From an uncultured Nitrososphaerota archaeon (lineage in GTDB: Archaea; Thermoproteota; EX4484-205; JAAOZP01): a stretch of 64,000 nt of DNA. A program made the translations under genes and the position numbers. Position 1 is the stretch's first letter; each line of letters begins with the position of its first letter. This document shows positions 46,171 through 55,192 of the stretch, piece after piece. The notes below the pieces were generated by a model. That model was not told where the DNA came from. It saw only the letters and a program-made list of their open reading frames with translations, and made no database searches. Where the stretch lies: contig CAYQCW010000002.1 of the NCBI GenBank assembly GCA_964416155.1, positions 140,748-204,747 of the forward strand, in the 5' to 3' direction.

Positions 46171-47040
46171 TCAAAACTCAGCGGCATAAAGCGAGCCCCT
46201 TAAGGCCTCAAGCTGGTTGATCTCCATGTGCACGTATTCCGCGGCGGATTCTAAGGCTACGCCCATTTTTTCAGCCTCCTCAGACAAGCTTTCGAAATAC
46301 TTCCTCCACTTCAAGTCTCTCAGCAGGTGGTGGTCAAGAATCATCACTGAGGGATGCGCTTGATTCATTATCCTCCTAACGTTTCTAAGGCTTGCTTCAA
46401 GCTGCTCTGCCGTATAGTTTAGGCCGAGCATATACGTAGACGGGCCGTCTATGAAAATCGAGCGCGGCTTCCTCCCGATTACAAACTTAACCTGGTAGTC
46501 TATCGGGAAACCCTGCACGTCGCTCGTGAAAAGAAAACTGTCAGAGGAATCCTTAACGCTAAGCTGTACAACGTAGCCCAGCTGGGTACCCGGGCCGTGT
46601 GGAACAGGGTTGGAGAACTCGAGCCTAGTCCCGCTGTACACATACTCCTTGCCGTCGGCAACCATAACCTGAGCCGCGATTGGCCTGATCCTCTCGAGAA
46701 ATATTCTCGCCCTACCCCTCTGGCTGAGGTTTATCATGTTTTCAGGATCCTTAACTATGACTATTCTCCCCCCGTAGATATCCTCGAGAAACCTCGTTGA
46801 ACTATGATGATCATAGTGGTAGTGTGTCACTGCAACGATCTCGCATTCCTCTGCCGCGGAGGCTATTCTCCCCCAGCATTCCTCCAGGAGGCTGAGCTCC
46901 TTAGGATGCGGCGGAAGCCCGAATCTTCGAGGCACGACGGCGGCGGCGGGATCTATTAGAAGCTTCAAGTCACGGGTCTCAACAAGAGTAGCCATGCTTC
47001 TAACACCCATGGAGTCGAAGCACACTGGGTCTATCTTCAA
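46171..47040 (-). CDS. MBL-fold hydrolase, UPF0282/MJ1629-like
   Basis: DSMGVRSMAT, THYHYDH, NLSQRGRA, PVPHG, TSDVQG, LDHHLLRD. Confidence 0.88.
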   Translation of the reverse strand: MKIDPVCFDSMGVRSMATLVETRDLKLLIDPAAAVVPRRFGLPPHPKELSLLEECWGRIASAAEECEIVAVTHYHYDHHSSTRFLEDIYGGRIVIVKDPENMINLSQRGRARIFLERIRPIAAQVMVADGKEYVYSGTRLEFSNPVPHGPGTQLGYVVQLSVKDSSDSFLFTSDVQGFPIDYQVKFVIGRKPRSIFIDGPSTYMLGLNYTAEQLEASLRNVRRIMNQAHPSVMILDHHLLRDLKWRKYFESLSEEAEKMGVALESAAEYVHMEINQLEALRGSLYAAEF

Positions 47041-47132
47041 TCCTCCACTCTAATTGCTGACGACTCGGAAATAAATTTTTTAGAGATATGAACCTGAATA
47101 ACGCGGCCGGGTTCTAATGGCTGCTCCTATTT

Positions 47133-47459
47133 TTACTCTGCGCCTTTAACCCACTTTGAGAAGTCCAGCGCCCTCTTTAAAACTCCCTTCTTAACAAGGG
47201 AGCAGTATACTTCCCTACCCTTCTTAACGGTTTTAACTAGGCCGGCGTTTTCAAGTATCCTAATGTGGTAGGATACTGTGGGCTGGGAGAGGTTGAACTT
47301 GTCCACGATGCCTGTTATCATCATGCTCTCACTCTCTATTATTGAGAGTATCCTGAGCCGGGTTGGGTCGGCCAGTGCCTTGAACACTTTGGCCGCGTGC
47401 TTGAATGCTTCCTCATCCTCTTTTTTGATTGACAATTCTATATCGTTAATAAATCCCAA
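47133..47459 (-). CDS. ArsR/SmtB-family transcriptional regulator
   Basis: FKALADPTRLRIL, LSQPTVSYHIRILENAGLV. Confidence 0.93.
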   Translation of the reverse strand: MGFINDIELSIKKEDEEAFKHAAKVFKALADPTRLRILSIIESESMMITGIVDKFNLSQPTVSYHIRILENAGLVKTVKKGREVYCSLVKKGVLKRALDFSKWVKGAE

Positions 47460-47565
47460 AGATTAATATATAAATCTTTAGGACAGTACTTAACAAATAG
47501 AAAATACTCTAAATGCCTTAAAAAGGGCTTAAAAAAGGCTTAAATTAAATATTTAAAAGCCATTA

Positions 47566-48996
47566 TCAGCCTCGTCCAACCTCATCCACGAGATTGTTTT
47601 CAGAGTCGTAAAGCAGGATCCTTAGCGGCATTTCACCTATAGCATGGGTCGCGCAGCTTAGGCAAGGATCTAGGGCGCGCACAACAGCCTCAACCCTGTT
47701 CAGCATTCCTTCACTGAGTCTCTGCCCATTAACGTATTTTTTAGCAACCTGCATCACAGCCCTGTTGAAAGCAAGATTATTGTTAACAGTGGCAATTATC
47801 AGGTTCACCCAGCTTATCCTACCCTGGTCGTCAACCCTATAGTGGTGGAAAAGAGTGCCCCTGGGAGCCTCAATGACTCCTGTGCCCTCCCTCCTGTTCA
47901 GGGAGGCTTTAGCCTGAACATTCGTTTCTAAAACCTCAGGGTCCCTGAGGATCTCCTCAGCCTTCTCAACGCAGTAGACTATTTCGATCAAGCGGGCATA
48001 GTGATACATGAAGGTGTTTTGAACAACGCCGTTGACACCAAGCTTCTTAAAATCCTTCAGAAGGTCGTCTGCAAGCCTCGTGCCGCAGCGCGAGGAAACG
48101 TTAAGCCTAGCTAACGGGCCGACTCTGTAGGCTCCTGCAGGGTAGCCTGCAGGCTTATAGTATGGGAACTTCATGTAAGACCAGTCTTCAACAGCCTCAC
48201 CGATGTATTCGAAGTATTTAGAAGGATCCAGCTGGTCCGCCACTATTTTTCCGTCTGGGCTCATTATCCTTATCCTGCCGTCATAGTGCTCAAGCCCACC
48301 GTCCCGTGTGACGAGACCCATGTAGTAAGACGGGAAGTCTCCGAAGTTTTCAACATCATTCCTAAGGTTTTCAAGCGTTTTACTGAAGAGCGAGACAGCG
48401 TTTAAAGCGATCTCAACAGCCCTAGGAGCCTTGGAGAGAATCGCTTCAGCCTTTTCCTTGGAAAGCGGGGTTTTAACGCCTCCCGGCACAATCCAGTCGC
48501 TCGAGTGAATCCTTTTGCCTGCGAGGCTTTCAATAATGTTCTGTCCAAACTTTCTCAGCCACACTCCCTGCCTAGCGATCTCAGGATGCTTTTCGCCAAG
48601 GCCGAGAATGTTCCTTCTAGAAGGGTCTGAATCCATTCCGAGCAGAAAGTCTGGAGAGGAAAGATAGAAGAAGCTTAAAGCGTGAGACTGTATTATTTGA
48701 CCCATGTGCATCAGCCTGCGCAGCAACACTGCTGTTCCAAGTGTTTCAACCGCAACAAGATCGTCGCATGCTTTCGCGGAGGCGAGAAGGTGGCTTACTG
48801 GGCATATGCCGCATATCCTTGAAGTTATGCTCGGCATCTCGAAGAATGGTCTGCCCTCGCAGAATTTTTCAAAACCTCTGAAATCAGTTACGTGGAACCT
48901 GGCCTCTCTGACTGAGCCGTCGTCGTCAAGGTGTATCGTTATCTTTGCGTGCCCCTCTATCCTGGTGACGGGGTTGACAAAAATCTCCCTAACCAT
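47566..48996 (-). CDS. hoxH: [NiFe]-hydrogenase large subunit, group 3d
   Basis: PVTRIEGHAKI, L1 SRICGICPVSHL, L2 DPCLSCATH + 25-aa extension; last gene of hoxEFUYH. Confidence 0.92.
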   Translation of the reverse strand: MVREIFVNPVTRIEGHAKITIHLDDDGSVREARFHVTDFRGFEKFCEGRPFFEMPSITSRICGICPVSHLLASAKACDDLVAVETLGTAVLLRRLMHMGQIIQSHALSFFYLSSPDFLLGMDSDPSRRNILGLGEKHPEIARQGVWLRKFGQNIIESLAGKRIHSSDWIVPGGVKTPLSKEKAEAILSKAPRAVEIALNAVSLFSKTLENLRNDVENFGDFPSYYMGLVTRDGGLEHYDGRIRIMSPDGKIVADQLDPSKYFEYIGEAVEDWSYMKFPYYKPAGYPAGAYRVGPLARLNVSSRCGTRLADDLLKDFKKLGVNGVVQNTFMYHYARLIEIVYCVEKAEEILRDPEVLETNVQAKASLNRREGTGVIEAPRGTLFHHYRVDDQGRISWVNLIIATVNNNLAFNRAVMQVAKKYVNGQRLSEGMLNRVEAVVRALDPCLSCATHAIGEMPLRILLYDSENNLVDEVGRG

Positions 48997-49012
48997 TTTT
49001 CAAAACATCCTC

Positions 49013-49546
49013 CTAACCATACTTGAACCTGTCCTTTAAAACCGGAGTCTTGCCCCCCAGAAGCTCGTTTAAAACTTGGTTTATAAGCTCCGCGGATGGT
49101 GGGCAGCCTGGAACATAGGCGTCAACCTTAACAACCTCGTTTAAAGCAAGAACCCTCTTCAGGAGCCTGGGCACTTGTTTTGGAGCAGCCTGGTTAATGC
49201 TTGCGTTTTCAACGTACGCTTTTTTCAAAACCTCTTCATCACTGTTCCTCAGGCTGTTCCTCAGGGCTGTCACGTTCCCGTTTACAGCGCAGTCGCCGAG
49301 CGCTACGAGAATCTTACTGTTCCTCCTAATTTTTTTCAGAAGCTCAAGCTGCTCCTCGTTTCCAACAGCGCCTTCTAAGAGCGTAACGTCAACGTTTTCG
49401 GGGAAATCCTTAACGTCAGCGATTGGGCTGTAGACAAGCTCTATCTTCTCAGCCAGCTCAAGAACCTTCTCATCCTGATCTAGAAAGGACATGTGGCATC
49501 CTGAGCAGCCGCTTAGCCATACTGTTGCCAGCCTCACCTTAGCCAA
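49013..49546 (-). CDS. hoxY: [NiFe]-hydrogenase small subunit (short, one cluster)
   Basis: LATVWLSGCSGCHMSFLD, LGDCAVNG, VPGCPP; 177 aa. Confidence 0.92.
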   Translation of the reverse strand: MAKVRLATVWLSGCSGCHMSFLDQDEKVLELAEKIELVYSPIADVKDFPENVDVTLLEGAVGNEEQLELLKKIRRNSKILVALGDCAVNGNVTALRNSLRNSDEEVLKKAYVENASINQAAPKQVPRLLKRVLALNEVVKVDAYVPGCPPSAELINQVLNELLGGKTPVLKDRFKYG

Positions 49547-50251
49547 CTATTTCCAACTCCTTCTTTCCATTATTAAGGAGACAAGATCCTTCTTCTTAAC
49601 CTCTGAAAGAGGCTTACCCTTAACGTAGAGCGCTCCAACAGGGCATACTGCCGAGCATTTTCCGCAGGAGGTACAGGATTGCGCGAAACCCCAGTTTTCA
49701 TCCAGGTCGAAAATAACCTTAGAGTTCTTACCCCTGAGCATCAGGTCTAAAGTATGCACGCCCTCAACCTCGTCGCAAACCCTGATGCAGCGCGTGCAAC
49801 GAATGCACCTGTTAGGGTCGTACGCGAACCTCTCGTGAGTAAGATCTACCTCATAGTCCGTCCAGTCTCTGTCAACTCTGAGATGGTCAACCCCCAGCTC
49901 CGTGGCGAGCTGCTGCAGCTCACAGCTTCCGTTGGCAACGCAGACCGAGCAGACATGAGGCCTCTCAGCTAGGAGAAGCTCCACAGCCCATTTCCGGTAG
50001 CGCCTAAGCCTCTCCGAATCAGTAAACACCTCCATTCCTTCAGCCACAGGTGTGATGCATGAGGCGAAGAGCCTTGGAGAGCCCTTAAGCTCAACCACGC
50101 AGAGCCTGCATCCGCCGAATGAAGAGACCCCTTCAAGGTAGCATAACGCTGGAACATATATCCCGTTCTTCTTCGCAACGGCAAGAATAGTTTCCCCTTC
50201 TTTCGCAACCACCTTCCTCCCGCCGATAGTGAGCTCTATAGGCCTACTCAA
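49547..50251 (-). CDS. hoxU: Diaphorase Fe-S subunit HoxU
   Basis: PALC..GGCRLC..ASC; HVCSVCVANGSCELQ; CIRCTRCIRVC; CTSCGKCSAVCP. Start TTG 50251 behind GGAGGTG (track 50320). Confidence 0.92.
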   Translation of the reverse strand: MSRPIELTIGGRKVVAKEGETILAVAKKNGIYVPALCYLEGVSSFGGCRLCVVELKGSPRLFASCITPVAEGMEVFTDSERLRRYRKWAVELLLAERPHVCSVCVANGSCELQQLATELGVDHLRVDRDWTDYEVDLTHERFAYDPNRCIRCTRCIRVCDEVEGVHTLDLMLRGKNSKVIFDLDENWGFAQSCTSCGKCSAVCPVGALYVKGKPLSEVKKKDLVSLIMERRSWK

Positions 50252-51893
50252 CTCCGCCACCTCCACCGTTCCTGAAGCATTTGCCCGCGGGACACCTATT
50301 CTCAACCACGTGTTTAGCATACTCGTCCCTGAAGTATCTGAGCGTCGTCAGGGTCGGGTTTGGCGCTGTCTGACCTAGGCCGCATAGGCTAGCCTCCTTG
50401 ATGAACTCGCAAAGGTCCTCAACCTTCGAGAAGTCTTCAACACCTCCTTCCATCCGCGTGAAGCCGTCGAGAATCTTGAAAAGCTTGCAGAGACCCGTTC
50501 TACAAGGAGTACACTTGCCGCAGGACTCGTCCATACAGAACTCTGTGAAGAACTTCGCCGTGTCAACCATGCACGACGCGTCGTCCAGCACAACTATCCC
50601 TCCGGAGCCCATTATGGCCCCCGCTTTAGTAAGCGACTCATAGTCTATCGGGAGGTCGAGAAGCTGCTCAGGCAGGAATCCTCCCGAGGGCCCGCCTACT
50701 TGAACAGCCTTGAAACGCCTCCCCGGCGGCACGCCCCCACCTATTTCGAACACAACCTCCCTCAGGGTTATGCCCATCGGGACTTCGATCAAACCCGGGT
50801 TATTCACCTTGCCGGTGAGCGAGAAGCATTTCGTCCCGGTGCAGTTCTTCGAGCCTATGCTCGAGAACCATTCGCTACCCTTAAGCAGTATTACTGGAAC
50901 ATTCGCCAGAGTCTCCACGTTGTTTATCAGAGTAGGCTTCCCCCAGAGGCCTGTCTGTGCAGGGTAGGGAGGCCTAGGCCTAGGCATGGCTCTACGGCCC
51001 TCTATTGATGCCAGTATTGCTGTCTCCTCACCGGCTATGAATGCTCCCGCGCCAAGCCTAAGCTCAACGTGGAAGCTGAAAGAAGTCTCGAAAATATTCT
51101 CGCCAAGCAGACCCATGCTCTTGGCGGCCTCAATAGCATTCTTAAGCGTCTGGACAGCTAACGGGTATTCGCTGCGCACGTATATGTAACCTTTCTGAGA
51201 GCCTACGGCGTAGGCAGCTATGGTCATGCCCTCCAGTATAGCGTGGGGGTCAGCCTCGGCAAGCGTACGGTTCGCGAAAACACCCGGATCACCCTCGTCC
51301 AAGTTCGCTATCAAATATTTCGGAGAACCCGAGGCCCTCGCAACGTACCTCCACTTCAAACCTGTCAGGAAACCGGCGCCCCCACGCCCTTTCAACCCGC
51401 TTAAGGCAACTTCTTCGATCACACCCTCAGGAGTCATCCTGGTTAAGGCTTTGAGAAGCGCGTAATAGCCACCTACAGCGATGTAATCCTCTATCCTTAA
51501 AGGATCTATTTTACCGGCGTTCCTCAAGACGATTCGAAGCTGCTTCTTGAAGAAGGCTTCGTTGCTGTACAGCATGCTTCTGATAGGCCTGCCGTTAACG
51601 ATATGCTCTTTAACTATCTCCCTAGCCCTCTCGGGAGTAACGTTCTGATAAAGGTAGTCGCCAGGATCCACGAGGACCGCTGGTGCGAGAGAACACGTCC
51701 CTATGCAACCCGTTCTTCCAACGTAGCACTCCTCCACCCCAAATTCTCTTACAGCATCCTTGAAAGAGCTTAAAACCTTCAGGGCTCCGAAAGGCATACA
51801 GCCGCTTGAACAGCAAACGTTTATCCTGTACCTGTATGACTTACGGAGCTCTGACTCCTTCTGGGCGAGACTGCGGAGCTCATCTGGCTTCAA
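50244..51893 (-). CDS. hoxF: Diaphorase NADH/FMN subunit HoxF (NuoF-like with N-terminal thioredoxin-like [2Fe-2S] domain)
   Basis: CCSSGC..GCIGTC; GLKGRGGAGF.TG.KW; DEGDPG; GEETA; ESCGKCTPCR; SLCGLG. Confidence 0.92.
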   Translation of the reverse strand: MKPDELRSLAQKESELRKSYRYRINVCCSSGCMPFGALKVLSSFKDAVREFGVEECYVGRTGCIGTCSLAPAVLVDPGDYLYQNVTPERAREIVKEHIVNGRPIRSMLYSNEAFFKKQLRIVLRNAGKIDPLRIEDYIAVGGYYALLKALTRMTPEGVIEEVALSGLKGRGGAGFLTGLKWRYVARASGSPKYLIANLDEGDPGVFANRTLAEADPHAILEGMTIAAYAVGSQKGYIYVRSEYPLAVQTLKNAIEAAKSMGLLGENIFETSFSFHVELRLGAGAFIAGEETAILASIEGRRAMPRPRPPYPAQTGLWGKPTLINNVETLANVPVILLKGSEWFSSIGSKNCTGTKCFSLTGKVNNPGLIEVPMGITLREVVFEIGGGVPPGRRFKAVQVGGPSGGFLPEQLLDLPIDYESLTKAGAIMGSGGIVVLDDASCMVDTAKFFTEFCMDESCGKCTPCRTGLCKLFKILDGFTRMEGGVEDFSKVEDLCEFIKEASLCGLGQTAPNPTLTTLRYFRDEYAKHVVENRCPAGKCFRNGGGGGVE

Positions 51894-52398
51894 CCATCTC
51901 AGCCTCCAGAACAGCCCTAACTCTTTTCAAAACGTTTTCAGCCGTCGCCTTTCCAACAGTCTCCCCATCCACAATAGCGTTGGGAGCCATTGCGCACGCA
52001 CCTATACACCTCGTCACGAATAGTGAAAGCCTCCCGTCGCTCGTCGTCCCCCCGCGTTTAACGTTAAACTCCCTCTCGACGGCTGAAACAATATCTTCAG
52101 CGCCTTTAACGTAGCAGGCTGTCCCCATGCAAACCGTCACGACATGCGTACCAGGCTTCTTGAGCTTGAAAATGTTATAGAAGGTTGTGACACCGTAGAC
52201 GTGGCTCGGGGGGAGGCGGAGGAGCTTTGAGATATGCAGCAGGAGGTCCTTATCTAAATACCCGTAGAGCTCCTGAGCAGTGTGAAGAATCTCCAGGAGA
52301 GCATCCTTACTGTACTGATGCTGCTTAATAGCCGCTTCAAGCATCAAGAGGCGTCTGTCGCTCTTCAAACCGGTTTCTCGAACCCCTGAACCAGGCAT
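51880..52398 (-). CDS. hoxE: HoxE (NuoE-like [2Fe-2S])
   Basis: LLEILHTAQELYGYL, VYGVTTFY, CMGTAC, RCIGAC. Confidence 0.92.
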   Translation of the reverse strand: MPGSGVRETGLKSDRRLLMLEAAIKQHQYSKDALLEILHTAQELYGYLDKDLLLHISKLLRLPPSHVYGVTTFYNIFKLKKPGTHVVTVCMGTACYVKGAEDIVSAVEREFNVKRGGTTSDGRLSLFVTRCIGACAMAPNAIVDGETVGKATAENVLKRVRAVLEAEMVEAR

Positions 52399-52560
52399 TG
52401 CACAGCCGTCGAACCGGTTAACAGCCTAATATTTAAGAATTTAGCTGTCTTCGTTTACCGCTGACGAGGCAAGCTTGTTTCCACGAGTTTGAAAGAGATT
52501 TTTCATCAGAGGCTTGAATAAAGGTTTATAAAAAAGCAATGTAATGGATTGCAAGCAAAA

Positions 52561-53589
52561 ATGTCGTTCATAATCAAGAGGGAGGAGATTCCCCATTTCT
52601 CGAGACACATAGTCTCCAAAGGTTACACTCTTTTCGCGCCTGTTAAAGGAGAGGTGAGGCATTACTTTAAGAAGATGAGTGAGGATCGGATTGAAGACAT
52701 TTCGCTTGATTTCGTTAGAACCACAATGCCCCCTTTAAAAACCCTGTTGATACCCCCTAGGGAAAACCTGTTCAAGATTAAAGACGGGAGGATCGAGGAG
52801 ACGTTTCCCGACGCAGACAGCAGGACCGTGATACTGGGTGTTCACCCCTGCGACGTGAACGCGATGAACCATCTTGAAAGAGTCTACATGGATCGTCCTA
52901 AGGACCCTTACTTCGAGGCTAGAAGGAGAAGCCTTCTCGTGATAGCTTTAAACTGTAAGAATGCTGACGAGTACTGTTTCTGCACATCCTTCGGAACAGG
53001 ACCCCCGCTCGAAGAAGGATTCGACCTTCTACTGACAGACTTAGGAAACAGGTTCCTGCTGGAAGTAGGCTCCAGGAGGGGGTCTGAACTGGTCAGCGAC
53101 TTCTACATGCCCCGGGCCAAAAGCACGGATATTCTGGAGAAGGATGAGACGATAAGGACGATGAAAAGCATGATAAGGAGGCATGTGAACACCGGTGGGC
53201 TCCAGAGGATAATGTCGGGAGCACTTTACAACCCTATTTGGAACGAGCTCGCGAGCAAGTGCACGGGCTGCGGTGCCTGCAACATGGTTTGCCCAACATG
53301 CTTCTGCTTCAACATGGTGGATGTGCCGGAGCTCGACTCAGGCAGCATTTTGAGGATGAGAACATGGGACGGCTGCTTATTGTGGGAGTATGCTGAAGTG
53401 GCTTTGGGCGGGAACTTCAGGAGAGACTTGTCAAGCAGGATCAGGCAGTTCATCAACCATAAGATGAACTATTGGCTGAACCAGTATGGCTCCCTGGGGT
53501 GCGTGGGATGCGGGAGATGCGTGGAGCAGTGCCCCGCGGGAATAGATATAACTAGGGTTGTCGCTAGGCTGAGGGGTGAGTCGCCGTGA
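52561..53589 (+). CDS. hydB: Group 3b sulfhydrogenase beta subunit (Fe-S)
   Basis: GVHPCD, CFCTS, CTGCGACNMVCPTCFC, R.WDGC, CVGCGRCVEQCP. ATG 52561 downstream of TATA TTTATAAA. Confidence 0.92.
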   Translation: MSFIIKREEIPHFSRHIVSKGYTLFAPVKGEVRHYFKKMSEDRIEDISLDFVRTTMPPLKTLLIPPRENLFKIKDGRIEETFPDADSRTVILGVHPCDVNAMNHLERVYMDRPKDPYFEARRRSLLVIALNCKNADEYCFCTSFGTGPPLEEGFDLLLTDLGNRFLLEVGSRRGSELVSDFYMPRAKSTDILEKDETIRTMKSMIRRHVNTGGLQRIMSGALYNPIWNELASKCTGCGACNMVCPTCFCFNMVDVPELDSGSILRMRTWDGCLLWEYAEVALGGNFRRDLSSRIRQFINHKMNYWLNQYGSLGCVGCGRCVEQCPAGIDITRVVARLRGESP

Positions 53590-54425
53590 GCAGCGAGTTC
53601 GAAAACCCTTACGCACCTGCTTTCGCGAAAGTCGTGGACTTTAGAGATGAGAACTCCACAACCAGGACCTTCACCCTGAGCATGGTGAACGGGGAGGCTT
53701 TAAGGTTTAGGCCAGGCCAGTTCGACATAGTCTCCTACTTCGGGGTTGGAGAATCCGCCTTCTCAATCTGTTCAAGCCCAGAGGAGAGAAACATGTTCGA
53801 AAATACTGTGAGAAGAGTCGGCAGAGTCACCACAGCGCTCTTCAACGTTAAGCCTGGGGAAAGGCTGGGAATTAGAGGACCCTATGGAAAACCGTGGCCG
53901 CTTGAGAAGGCTGCTGAAAACGACCTTATACTGATTGCTGGAGGCATGGGCCTAGCCCCCTTGAGGCCAGTCATACATTACGTTGCTAGACACAGGGATC
54001 TCTATGGCTCCGTGGACATACTGTACGGAGCAAGAACCCCGGGCGACATGATATACACTTACGAGTTCGACTCGTGGAGGAATATTCCTAATGTTCGCCT
54101 CTACCTGACCGTGGACTATGTTCCTCCGGCCACTCTGTGGGAGCACGATGTCGGGGTTGTGACTGAACTATTAAGGTACGTGAAGCCCAGGACGCGTTAC
54201 ACCACCGTCTTCATATGCGGTCCAGAGGTGATGATGAAGTTCACTGCGCAACTGCTGCTCAGAATGGGCTTCTACCCATCCGAGGTCTATCTTTCACTAG
54301 AGAGGAGGATGAAATGTGGAATAGGGAAGTGCGGACACTGTCAGATAGGCTACAAGTATGTTTGCAAGGACGGACCCGTCTTCAACTTGGAGGAGATAGG
54401 GCTGCTCCCGGATGTTATTGAGTGA
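53586..54425 (+). CDS. hydG: Group 3b sulfhydrogenase gamma subunit (FAD/NAD(P))
   Basis: FRPGQF, GIRGPYG, AGGMGLAP, CGPEVMM, ERRMKCGIGKCGHC..VCKDGP. Confidence 0.92.
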   Translation: MSSEFENPYAPAFAKVVDFRDENSTTRTFTLSMVNGEALRFRPGQFDIVSYFGVGESAFSICSSPEERNMFENTVRRVGRVTTALFNVKPGERLGIRGPYGKPWPLEKAAENDLILIAGGMGLAPLRPVIHYVARHRDLYGSVDILYGARTPGDMIYTYEFDSWRNIPNVRLYLTVDYVPPATLWEHDVGVVTELLRYVKPRTRYTTVFICGPEVMMKFTAQLLLRMGFYPSEVYLSLERRMKCGIGKCGHCQIGYKYVCKDGPVFNLEEIGLLPDVIE

Positions 54426-54436
54426 GGTGGCTGAGA

Positions 54437-55186
54437 ATGGTGGATAAGCTGAAGGTTGGCGTCTTCAAGCTCACGTCCTGCTCAGGATGCCAGATGGTTC
54501 TAGTCCACTTGGAGGAAAGCCTGCTTGAAGTCCTTAAGCATGTTGAGCTGAAGTATTTCAGAATGGTTAGCGACGACAATCTCCCGAACGACCCTCTGGA
54601 TGCGGCCATAGTTGAGGGAGCAGTTACCAACGAGGAGGAAGCAGCAATGTTGAAAAGGATTAGGAGGATGTCAAGGTTCCTGGTTGCAGCTGGAGCCTGC
54701 GCAGTCACCGGTGGGGTAAATGCGATGAAGAACATTACTCCCGAGGGAGAAATTGAGAGCACGGTTTACCCTTCGCCTGAACACGTGAGGTCTGGGAAAG
54801 CATACGGGTTGAACGAGTACGTCGCAGTCGACGCATATCTCTACGGGTGTCCGATAGACAGGAGTGAGCTGGTCAACGCGCTTATGTCGCTGGTGCTGTG
54901 CGTCCCACCGTACATACCTGGTTTAACGGTTTGCATGGAGTGCAAGACGAAGGGCAACGAGTGTGTTTTCCTCACGAGAAAGGAGCCGTGCCTCGGCCCG
55001 GTTGCGGTGGGAGGCTGCGGCGCACTATGCCCCTCCAACAATGTAGCCTGTGAGGGCTGTCGGGATGTTTTAAAGGGCACTAACGTGAGCGGGCTGGTTT
55101 CAGCTTGGAAGAACGCTGGGGTAAACCCTGAGCTCATCCAGCTGAAGCTCAGAAAGTACAGTGTTTACCCGGTTTCAGGAAGGTGA
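54437..55186 (+). CDS. hydD: Group 3b hydrogenase small (delta) subunit
   Basis: KLTSCSGCQ, GACAVTGG, GCP, VCMEC..C..CLGP..GCGALCP..CEGC. ATG 54437 behind GAGGTG. Confidence 0.92.
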   Translation: MVDKLKVGVFKLTSCSGCQMVLVHLEESLLEVLKHVELKYFRMVSDDNLPNDPLDAAIVEGAVTNEEEAAMLKRIRRMSRFLVAAGACAVTGGVNAMKNITPEGEIESTVYPSPEHVRSGKAYGLNEYVAVDAYLYGCPIDRSELVNALMSLVLCVPPYIPGLTVCMECKTKGNECVFLTRKEPCLGPVAVGGCGALCPSNNVACEGCRDVLKGTNVSGLVSAWKNAGVNPELIQLKLRKYSVYPVSGR

Positions 55187-55192
55187 TTAAGC

